A stretch of DNA of 64,000 bases from Naegleria gruberi (lineage: Eukaryota): assembly GCA_000004985.1 (NCBI GenBank), contig GG738886.1, one strand, 5' to 3'. Both the position numbers and the translations under genes were made by a program. Positions 48,469 to 59,364 of the stretch are shown one piece after another; positions within the stretch are counted from its first letter, which is position 1, and the number at the start of each line of letters is the position of its first letter. The notes under the pieces are model-generated. The model saw nothing but the letters and a program-made list of their open reading frames with translations. It had not been told where the DNA came from and did no database searches.

Positions 48469-49011
48469 AATATTTATCTACAGTTCGTTGTGTTGTTGTT
48501 TGTAAAAAAATTCTCTGCACAGGCAAACTTGTGTGATGAGGAGGTTTTTTTGTTCTCAAGCAAGCAGTAAAGTTCTTGATATTGTTGGTGGGGTGGTGAC
48601 ATGTTGTGAAGAGAGAGGGAGTTAATGAGTAAGAACTGAACATGATGAGCTCTAAACCTTAATAAGGACATGGATGGGAGATAAAATACAGAGGTCCAGA
48701 TCCTCAGGAATTGAAAGATAAAAAGGTGGCCAATAAGATGTACTGCAATGGATAACACTATTAAAGTTAAATATTTTACAACACTTCCATTTGGTCTAGC
48801 TTTCCTTTATGTAAACAAATACAGAATTGCCATTAAATATTAACCCAGGAAAACTTCACATTTACTGTACATTTTTCCATTCTTGTTGGAGGTGGCGAGG
48901 AAATGAAGCTTATCGACTGTGAATCTGATTGGTTTGGTGAATAAGGTTTCGAGCATTTTCTTTCGTTTCAATAGATCTTTCTGTTGAGTAACATATTAAA
49001 TAATGACAAAA

Positions 49012-49599
49012 TTAAGAGTTTACCCTGATTTTGTAATGTAAACTTACAGTTTTAACATAGGAAATTGAAATATGAGGAACATATTCATGATTCTCTACAA
49101 TATTAAAACACTCTACTATTAAATCATGCAATTGAATCAATAATTCATCTTTCCTCTCATCTCCAATCCAAACTTTAGGTTTCATTACAATAATTGAATT
49201 AATTGTATGTTCGAAAATATCCAACTCATCAAGTTCAATATCAAATGGTTGTATATCATGCTCCTTTAACAGTTGTTTCAACTTTCCTTTCGCCACACTG
49301 AATCCTGCCTGAGCAACGAAAGGGTAAGCACTGAAATAAAATCCGAAACAGTTATAACTCATCTAGATCTGTTGAAAAACTACATACACATTGATGTGTG
49401 CTGGCCAACAGGATTTATTTCCCTCATAGTCCAACACTTCATGTTCGGGATGGTGAGGAAATAATTGTGGCCACAAATCGAGTGGTGGAATAATAGTACA
49501 AGCAGTGCTGACAGTTGTGTAAGTAGAAGAACTTGTTGTTGGTGCCTCGTCAGAAGAAGAAGAATTATCAGATGATGATGCTTTTTGTTGCTTTTTCAT
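49012..49599 (-). CDS. 2H-phosphoesterase / cyclic-phosphodiesterase-like protein interrupted by an in-frame TAG at 49365..49363
   Basis: Two H-x-[ST]-x-type motifs sit in hydrophobic context: CWPAHINVYVV and YVPHISISYV, about 105 aa apart. This matches plant CPDase (PHVTV...PHLSLLY). The two ORF-track pieces are in the same frame, separated only by ATC TAG ATG. This is either a disrupted gene or an unresolved feature. Confidence 0.35.
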
Positions 49600-49738
49600 T
49601 GTTGTTGGTGATGGTGATGAATTGTTTTTTTCTTGCTGTTTGTTTAATGCTACTGGACGATTTTGAACTTGATGAAAATAGTTTCAATTTCAAAGTTGAA
49701 ACACAATTTTATGTAATTAATTGACTCTGCTAAAATGT

Positions 49739-50721
49739 CTAATACTGATTATATTTAAACATAATGTAAAGTACCAAGGCACTTTGAAACCAATTCAGAA
49801 AAGTTCCCTCCGTAATGGTTCTATTCTGTTTGAGCTCTGCCAGAACAGAACCGACATCTAGAACAATCTGATTACTACTTGCTAATGAGGCGGCAATTGA
49901 ATCATCCTCGAATGGATTTTCCAAATCTTCATCTCCTTCATCCAATACATCCTTTATAATTAAAATGTCTTGACCTAGTCCTCGTTCGCCCATTACTTCT
50001 CTCAAATGTGTCAATAATTTATCGAATTGACTTCTTGACATTGTATAGCAACTTTCCTCGACGTTAAAAGTTTTTGCATATCTATAGAACACATATCTTG
50101 AGATCCAATTATCTGTTTCATCAATTGATAATTTAACTTCATGAGGTTCAACATATTCCAGTTCAGAATCAAAATCTGCATATAAATCTCCACTCTTTTC
50201 ACATTCTACCAAATCACTCTTCAATCTATCAATTTCTATCAATCCTTTATCCATCAATTCATTAATTTTAAGAATGGTGTCAACACAACAAGCCACAATA
50301 TTCCGTTGATGAAGTGATTGTTTGAAATTATTACAATGTACAGTATTTACAAGTTTTTTCTTCTTTATAGAAGTTTCCTTCTTCTTTTGCTTCTCCTCCG
50401 ATGAGGAATCATAATTCAATGCAGGAGGACCCTGATACAAATGATTAAAACTTTCTTCTTATCATTTGCATCATCCTTTTCCTCATCCTCCTCGGCTACC
50501 TGATTAGAGATTTGATTCCTCTCAAACAGCACTGATCCATTCAATATAAGTCTATCAATGATATTTAAAATTGATTGTCGTTGCTTTAAAAGGGTATCCT
50601 GATCAAGCATTGATAGAGTATCAGCTCCACCACCCATCAAATAGTCATCACGATAAGTCCTCCTATGATTGTTATTATTATTTAGGAAGAGACAGAGTCC
50701 ATCATCATAATCGGACAACAT
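49739..50721 (-). CDS. Hypothetical acidic protein. Two ORF pieces overlap in different frames across 50416..50440
   Basis: The upstream piece ends ...DDANDKKKVLIICIRVLLH*. The downstream piece begins at a TTG, not an ATG. A 20-nt GTTTTAATCATTTGTATCAG segment would restore frame if removed, but it is too short for confidence. An indel is equally possible. Confidence 0.3.
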
Positions 50722-53078
50722 TTTCCAGCATATTAATAAATTAAATTGTTGTTATTATTATTTGTATTATTACTATATTACTATTATTGCTAATATATTA
50801 AATACTACTAGTATAATTATTGTTGTTGTATGAAGATGATGTTAAAGAGTTGAAGTGAAACTGTCTTTTTTCAACACCAATAGTGATAGGCAATGAATGT
50901 TGACAATTTTTTTTCAATTCGGAAAGTTTGTTTAATGATGGTGATTGGATTTATTTGTATTGGTTGAGGTTTGATGGGAGTTGGACAATCGGAAATAGTG
51001 TAGGGCTTTGGCCTCTTTACATTCGATAGGTCCAAACAGAATAATAATTATTATCAGGGGGGAACAATGTTGATGTCCGCGTGTTACTGGAAAATAAAAT
51101 AAATAAAATTATGGGTCAAAAAACTACTACCTAACAGCTGATTTTTAAAAAATATTACTGCACTCTTTTTTGGTTGATAAAAGTAGTCATCGAATACTGT
51201 GGTATTATTTACAATAGTGGTATTATTACATTTAATATAGATTGAGGATATGATACAAGCCATCATCTTGTAGTTACACTCAATTTTTTGAACAATTTTA
51301 ATGGTTATTAATGTAGTACAAAAGAGGAGTGTAGTTGTTAGTTTTGATGGAGAGGAATTTTGACTTGATGTTGACAGTCAAGATTAAAACCATTGTAACG
51401 TAATAAATATATAGTTTAAGGATACCATTGTTTCGGAATCAGTGACACACTATGTAAGTGTTCGTATCATGTCTATTTGTTAAGTATAATCGTGTTTTGA
51501 TTGTTTGTGAAGGCAAATATGGTATCCCTTTATTTATATTGATGATTTTCTCTTATAAAAACCATCTCCTATAATCAAATAGCTCATTCTAGATATATGT
51601 AGATTTCAAATGCATAAGGTTCACTATAACAGTAGAATACATTGCTTTACGTGAATGCTGTGATTTTTAATGTTTTATGTGCACTAGTAAATTAGTTCTA
51701 TCTTCAAACGAATGACAGTTCAAAAATTGTATCTATTTTTTGGTGAAATTTTTGGAATAGGTAGTCAAAACACTCATACATACCGTATGAGTATTATGAC
51801 TGTATGATAATTAGAGAAGTGATACAAAACCGTGATGAGTGCAAACTGTAGAAATTTCAAGAGATGAGTTAATCGTGCAACCAGATTAAGAACTTAACTA
51901 AATTAGAACATTTTTTAAACCAGTAAAAATTAAGAGAAATCTCTCTACCAACTTTAGACAAGCTCATTTCTGATAATTAAGAAGATAGACCATTCAAGAT
52001 TTATAGAAAACGTAGTAATACATACACTCTCCAGAATTTGAGGAGATGAAGCTTTGGTACGACCGTGCAACATATGAACATGTTGTTAGAAAGTTTAGAA
52101 TGTTATATCTTTTTGTATACACGGTAATTTCCCTTTGTCTTTTTACAGTAAATTGCACGAAATGTGATCATGAAGGAGCTGTCTATTCATCAAATAAAAA
52201 CATGTATTTATTAATTCCGAGCACAAAGTCTGGGACTTTTGGTCAGTAACACTACTTTCAGGCCATTTTTGATCACTATGTTCTCCCCTGATTATTATTA
52301 AATATTAATTAATTTATTAAATTATTATTATTATTGATTTGTATTTCCAACTTGGAAATTCCAACAATTGTTGGAGAAACAATAATACTATTGAAGAAAG
52401 AAGATGTTATCTGTTGGGTAAATGCATAGCAGAAGAAAGTTTGATTTGATGATTCCGTAATTTAGTCCTGTTTGTTTATTATCTTGTACTTCAATAATGA
52501 AGAAAATCCAATCTCCAAGATTCACCACATTTTGAACAATCTAATTGGCAGTTTTGTCATCAAGATTGATAAAAATTTCAAACAATAAATTTACTATTCT
52601 ACTATTTTGATGAATATCCAAAGGTGATGTACAGTCAACATCAATATTTTCTGTGTTGAATTGATGAAGAAAATCAGTAATGATTTTGATGAGCCACTCT
52701 CCAATTCCAAATACTTCAAGTACAAAGGAGCTGATTATCAGCTCATAAAGTTATGAAATTCTCAGAATTTCCGATGCACTCAAAGACACTTCAACACACA
52801 CCAAGCCAATTACCGTTTTGCTTGTTTGAATTTTAATATTTTTAAAAATTCAAACTTAAAACAACATCATGAGGAATCAATCAATTGGTGTTGTTTGAAG
52901 GCGGCTGCATTATAGAATCTTTTTACAGTACAAATGGTGATATCTCTAGAAAACTTTTGCTTGACAGGTGCTGATTTCTTCACTAGAAAAGCAATATCTA
53001 AGTTTTACTTCTAACGGAGCCTCTATTTAATTTAGATTAACTGAAAAAAACAATCAATTTCCATCATTTAATTATTTA

Positions 53079-56000
53079 ATGATGATCAAAACGACAGAGT
53101 TGAGATCGATATTAGTATCCGCATTATTATTCTTCTTCTTGTTAATCATAGTATTTTGTGGATCGATATTTGGGTTGAGTGGATTTACTTTCGATCAGGA
53201 TGCATACAACAAGATTTGGAATGATGAAACGGAAATTTGGTTTGGTCAATCGACAGCTCTTACAGGTCAAACTAAAGAGTGAGTAATCTTTTCTCCAATT
53301 ATTATAATGATGTAAAGACTAGGATATCCAATGATGACAGGAGTTCAGGCAGCCTTTAAAGAAATCAATGAAAATTCTGGTGGAGTTTGGGGAGGTAAAA
53401 AACTGAGGTTAATTACATTGGATGATGGTTATGAGCCAGCTAGAACTGTAAATAATACGATTCAGCTCATTAATAATAACACAATATTTGGATTGATTGG
53501 ATATATGGGGACAGGTACTTCGCAAGCTGCATTTCCATATCTTACTGAATCAAAACTTCCATTTATTGGTGCATTCACGGGAGGATTGTTTTTGAGAACA
53601 CCTTTTGTTTCTAATATTGTGAATATTAGAGCTAGTTATCAAGACGAAACTGTAGCTATGGTAGAATATTTAGTTACAGTAAAAATGGTGAGGAGAATTG
53701 CAATCTTTTATCAGAATGATGCATTCGGCATGTCAGGGGTTGATGGTTCTAGTTTGGCATTGACGGCTCTTGGAATGAGTTTAGTTTCAAGAGGTTCTTA
53801 TGAAAGAAATACTATTGTTGTCGCGAAGGCAGTTTCAGATATTGTTGCTGGAAATCCACAGGCAATTATCTGCATGTCAACATACAAACCAACATTGGAA
53901 TTTATCAATACAGTCAAGAATAGGACAGATTTTGACCCAAACATTGTTTTCATGACTGGCTCTTTTATTGGTTCTAATATTTTACCATACAGAGATAGTG
54001 TTGTCATTACTCAGGTATTACCTCCACCAACCAACACAAAATACCCAATTGTTCTAGCCTATCAGAGAGCTATGAAAGCATCCAATCCAAATTTCGTGCC
54101 TTCCTATGTGGAATTGGAAGGATACATTGCTGGAAAGATGGCAGCAAATATATTGACTCAAAGAGTTTCTGGAGATTTGACACGCAGTAATTTTCTTCAA
54201 CTTGTCTATTCCACTAGTACCTATATTATTGATAATCAAGTTATTGGACCGTACAAGCAATGTAGCTCTTCTAGATCCTTGCATTACTTTTTTGATGATC
54301 CTCAAAATCAAGATGCCTTTCTCTATCCAGTTTTACAACCACGTACAAGATTGATACCACGAAAAATTGAATCAACATTTGTTGCGCCTTGCTCTTGTAA
54401 TCAAGGTTTGAGATCTATTTGGAAAACTTCTCAAAATGCTGATAGTTCATTTAGTGAAATTTCAGATCCAATGGTTTGGGATACTACTAGTACTACTAAT
54501 TATACCTGCTTCTATGATCCAACAAAGACTCTCCCACCAATTGTATTTGGACACATATCATCTGGAGATAAGTATGATGAAGATTTTCTAGTTGGAGTGT
54601 TATTAGCATTCAACGAAAAAAACAATCAAAAAGGTATACGTGGAAGCGTGCTAAGAATTCTCACAAAAACCCCATCCAATAGTTCTGCTTCTGCCCTTAT
54701 TGATACAGTTAATTTGTTGAAAAATGATTTTAATGTACTTGGAATTTTGGGTGGATTTTTACCAAGTTCTAGTTATGCTCAATTCGTAGATCAGTTTAAA
54801 ACTCAATTACCTAACACATTGTTTCTATCGCCTTCCACATCATATGACTCTCCAACATTGAGAAGTGTATTTTCTCCAAATATTATTCATATTGGATTAT
54901 CTATTCGTGAAAAGTTGGCCACCTTTTTCGATTTTGAAATGAATGCAAATGGGCATTCCAGATTTTCTGTAGTATATGGTAAATCCACTGAAGGGGCAGC
55001 AGATTGTAAAGAGTTCAAGAACCAATTGAGCCAATTTGGATTAACTGTTGAGAGTGAATATGAACATTCATCATCTGTTACAGATTACAAGTTAGTCACA
55101 CAAGCACTTGTTTCAAATGATGGTAACCCTCAATCTGTTGTTGTTCTACTTCCTGAAAATATATCCTCATTCTCTTATTTGAGTACTGTAATCAAGGGTA
55201 TTGTGAATATTGGAAAGAGAGATGACTTGTCAATATTCTTTTTGTACTTTAAATATACATCTTGGGTGGCAGATGTTTTTAACTTGATGGCTAGTCTTAA
55301 TACCAAAAATAATGTATATCTTATTCAAAGATATCCTCATGTTGTGGACACTCAATTACCTTTAGTTGCAGCTTACAATAATTTGTTCAGCAAGTATTAT
55401 TCTTCTTCTGTTTCTACAACTGGATCTTTAGAAGGTTTTTTGGCTGCAAGCTTTTTAATTGAAGTTTTGGAGAATATTTCTCCATCTGCAGATATTAATG
55501 GACCAAGTACAATTTTCACAATTTACCAAACGCAACAATTTTTGAAATATTCCATTCCATTTGGTAATTTCATTAGTAATTCTTGCAATTTGGGCATGAG
55601 AACAACCTATTTGTACAAGCTGGACGGATCGACCTTTACAAATGTCAAAATTCAATCATTTGACAAGACTAAATGTGGTCTTTCAGAAGATATTTTTTCC
55701 TCTGAAAGTTCCATTGAAAAACAACTTTTATTTGGTAGATTACTACCCGTGGAAGATGCTTCACTTCCATATGATGATTTTAGTGTTGGTTTGAATGCAT
55801 TATTCACATCTTATAACACTAAGGGAACACTGGATACTGCAACTTTGCACTTAAAAACTCTGTACTATTCAAGCAGAGAGGAAATGACCAAGAAGGCAGA
55901 GGAGCTCATTCTAAAATACAAAATTTTTGGATTTTTAGGATCTAGACTAGTCTATGATGTTACTGAACTCAAGGCTATAATGGAAAATTACAAGATACCA

Positions 56001-57752
56001 ATTATAGGTCCACTTTCTTCTCAGTTAGCTTTGAGAGAACCTTACTCAAGGTTTGTGGTCAATTTAAGACCTAGCATTGTTGAGGAATCTGTAGTTTTGA
56101 CAAGATATCTGACCTCTGTTATTACCTCAAGAAAACCAACAGTTCTCATTCTCAGCGGATCATCTTACTATTGGCAGCAAAATAGTAATAATGTTGTTTC
56201 ATTTTATTCGAAGAGTATTGAAGGAGTTTCGATTTCATCAACTAGTATTTCGTCAGTCTCTTCCACTTCTGGTAGAGCTGTAGAAGGTTCTAAGCCAGAC
56301 TTGGTTCTTTTGTTGGCCTCTCCAACAGAAGTTTCACAATTTCTAACCAACTATCCCACTTTTTCCTCTCTAATTGGAATACCTTCAGAAATTTCATCTA
56401 TTTCTAGTTTCAAAACACTCTTAAATGATATACCTTCTTCAGTAATAATTAGTCCTCAATTTTTAGAAAGGTATGATAAGGCTTCATCAACAAACTTTAT
56501 GGCCAGAGATTTCTTGATAGACATGGCCAAATACTCAACCTCATCAAATACCTCCACACTAATGTATGAAGCTTATGCAGTGGGTTATATGACAACAACT
56601 GTTCTCAAGTTCATGTCCCAAGCCAATATGGATTATAGCAGAGAAAAATTTGTTTCCACATTTTTCGAGAGGTCTGTATTTGAATTAGGAAATAATGAAT
56701 TTGGACCGTATGGCGATGAGTGCTCCATACAATCCACTTTTGTAGTGAAAGGCTCTTGTGAATCTGTTTCTGTTTGTAATTGTAGTCAAGGCGTGAGAGC
56801 TCTTCAAATCAATTCTCTAACCTCATCCTCGGATAGTATTTTATATGAAATGAATTTCAAAACATGTGGATTGCAAGCTATTGAACCACTTCTTTCAGAT
56901 GGAGCCATTGCTGGTGTTGCTGTTGGGGGTACACTAGCTTTTTTAGGTACTCTATTTGTTATACTAGTACTGATTTTCTGTGCAAGAAATAGATCCTCAG
57001 TTAAGAATGCTCCCAAGTCAGGAAATATCACTTGTGCATTTACGGATGTTCAAAGCAGTACAAAACTTTGGCAAAATAATGAAAAGGCTATGAGAAATGC
57101 ATTAGAAATTCATGACAAGATTATGAGGAAAAATCTTGAATTATTCAGAGGTTATGAGGTCAAGACAAATGGTGATAGTTTCTTTGTTGCCTTTAAGGAT
57201 CCATTTGATGCTGTTTTATGGTCTTTAACAGTTCAATTAGATTTATTGAATGCGAATTGGCCTTCAGAATTATATCACGAATATGATTGCAGACAGGAAT
57301 GGGATGAACGAATCAAGAAACCTTATTGGAGTGGATTGAGAGTGAGAATTGGACTTCATTACGGAAAGGGAGATTGCAAATGGGATAAAACCATGAAACG
57401 CTTCGACTATTTTGGAACAGTTGTAAACAAGTCAGCACGTATTGAAGCATTAGCACATGGAGGACAAGTTTTGATCAGTGAAGAATTATTGGAAGTAACT
57501 AAAGACCTCTTCCAAGATGTTAAGAAAATAGCCAGTTGTGATGAATTTCCAGCCTATCAAACCACTACAAAAGAGGAGAAGAAACTAGCTGTGGACGACA
57601 AAACCTCAACAACAGCTAGTCTCAAACATCAAAATTCTCTCTCTAGTGTATTGGGTAGGAGAAGAACTAAAATTCTAATTGATAGAACATTCACAGCCGC
57701 TGAGTTGGGAGTTTATCCATTGAAGGGACTATCTGAATCGAGCAGACTTTTC
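53079..57752 (+). CDS. Receptor-type class III adenylate/guanylate cyclase: signal peptide, two tandem periplasmic-binding-protein type 1 (ANF-receptor-like) ectodomains, one TM segment, and a cyclase catalytic domain. Two exons: 53079..53278 and 53318..57752. The 3' end is lost in a 50-N gap
   Basis: Exon 1 (MMIKTTELRSILVSALLFFFLLIIVFCGSIFG...GQSTALTGQTK) carries the start of a PBP1 fold. It ends GA|GTGAGT, with a 39-bp intron, and continues ELGYPMMTGVQAAFKEINENSGGVWGGKKLRLITLDDGYEP. A second PBP1-like unit begins near FGFLGSRLV... The TM segment is IAGVAVGGTLAFLGTLFVILVLIF. Cyclase motifs are FTDVQSSTKLW, KTNGDSFFVAFKD, RIGLHYG, FGTVVNKSARIEALAHGGQVLISE and ELGVYPLKGL. Confidence 0.8.
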
Positions 57753-57802
57753 NNNNNNNNNNNNNNNNNNNNNNNNNNNNNNNNNNNNNNNNNNNNNNNN
57801 NN
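57753..57802. other. Assembly gap (50 N) immediately after the cyclase catalytic domain
   Basis: A run of n characters in the sequence. Confidence 1.
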
Positions 57803-58976
57803 TTAGTATTACAGAACTTTGACAACCTTCAAACTCAATCAAATTAGCAAATAATCTATTTATATAAATTGAAACCCTGCTATGTGATGTATACATCAAT
57901 GTTACAAATAATTGTTTGTTGGATATATTTCTCTATGTAATATATTGAGTTTGATTGAATACTGTCAATAACAACACTATTAAACTGTTAAAAGGGACCT
58001 ACATTTTATTTGATAATATCATTTATCTATGTATTATATCGACAAATACCTGGTATCATGATTATATTTTCTATATTTTCAATTTGGGAAATGTCGCAAT
58101 GTCAGTACTTAATTGAAATATTGCCATAATACCAATTATTGATTATATATCATGAAACTGATATTATAGACTTTATTTGATGTATATATGAATATATGAT
58201 TGAAATATTTCAATTTTGACTTTTCTTAATGACATGGGTAGTTCACTAAGGTAGTCACTTTGCCATATGACAACTATCTAAGATGATATTGAAATCATTC
58301 TAAAATTGATATTATGAGAGTATTTGATGATTACAACATGATGAAAATGAAAAGGAATTAATTATTACAATATTTGACATGTAAGAATGTTACCTTTGAT
58401 CAATTGGATAAGTAGCTTGACAGACATTCCAATTATATAGATATTGATTTCTATTACTCAGATACTTTACAAATATCATTTATAAGAGTAGTGGTATATT
58501 CTGTTTTTTTATACTTCTTGATATTGACTTGTCATAATATCATGAGTAATTGCTTACATGGTTAAATGACATGTATACTGAATGATGTCCAAATGATATG
58601 AAATTGATAGGAACCTCTTTATATGATGTTTATAACATATTGTATCAATTTGGTATTGAATCTCATTGATCTTAGGGAACTCTCCTATTAAATTTTGTAA
58701 AATCAATATTTACCTTCCTATGGCACCATTTCTAATTATTATGATATGAAATTGAATTCTACATCATTATATATCATCTAAATCATTATGGTAAAGTTTC
58801 AATAGTGGTTCTTTTTCAAGATTTCATCCTTTTCATCATAGTTGACTATGTTTGATTGAGTTAAGAAATCTGTAAACATGAAAGTTAAAATAAATTTGAT
58901 ATTCGATGTTTACTCATCAAGTGGAACATTTTCATATTAGGATTCAATATGTTTTGATGAGAAACTCAAAAGTTAT

Positions 58977-59364
58977 GGGGTTTGGGGTTGGGTTTGGGTT
59001 TGGGTTTGGGTTTGGGTTTGGGTTTGGGTTTGGGTTTGGGTTTGGGTTTGGGTTTGGGTTTGGGTTTGGGTTTGGGTTTGGGTTTGGGTTTGGGTTTGGG
59101 TTTGGGTTTGGGTTTGGGTTTGGGTTTGGGTTTGGGTTTGGGTTTGGGTTTGGGTTTGGGTTTGGGTTTGGGTTTGGGTTTGGGTTTGGGTTTGGGTTTG
59201 GGTTTGGGTTTGGGTTTGGGTTTGGGTTGGGTTTGGGTTTGGGTTTGGGTTTGGGTTTGGGTTTGGGTTTGGGTCTGGGTTTGGGTTTGGGTTTGGGTTT
59301 GGGTTTGGAATTGGGTTTGGGTTTGGGTTTGGGTTTGGGTTTGGGTTTGGGTTTGGGTTTGGGT
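58977..59364 (+). repeat. Telomere-like tandem hexamer array (TTTGGG)n, about 64 units. The G-rich strand runs 5' to 3' toward the window end and abuts an N gap
   Basis: Direct reading gives ggggtttggggttgggtttgggtttggg... with a few variant units (GGGTTG, GGGTCT, GGAATT). It is preceded by about 1.1 kb of AT-rich ORF-free sequence (57823..58976). Confidence 0.8.

Noticed and set aside
49363-49389. A 27-nt in-frame GTGTAT...TAG element as a real intron in the 2H-like gene
   Set aside because: It is far below the 39-bp minimum seen for convincing introns in this window. An in-frame stop from mutation or sequencing error is the more conservative reading. It is kept only as a hypothesis in the findings.
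58977-59364. (GGGTTT)n as a plain interstitial microsatellite
   Set aside because: It cannot be fully excluded. However, the length (about 390 bp and truncated by the gap), the correct strand polarity toward the end, the telomerase-like variant units and the gene-free flank favour a telomere. It is reported as telomere-like with the caveat stated.
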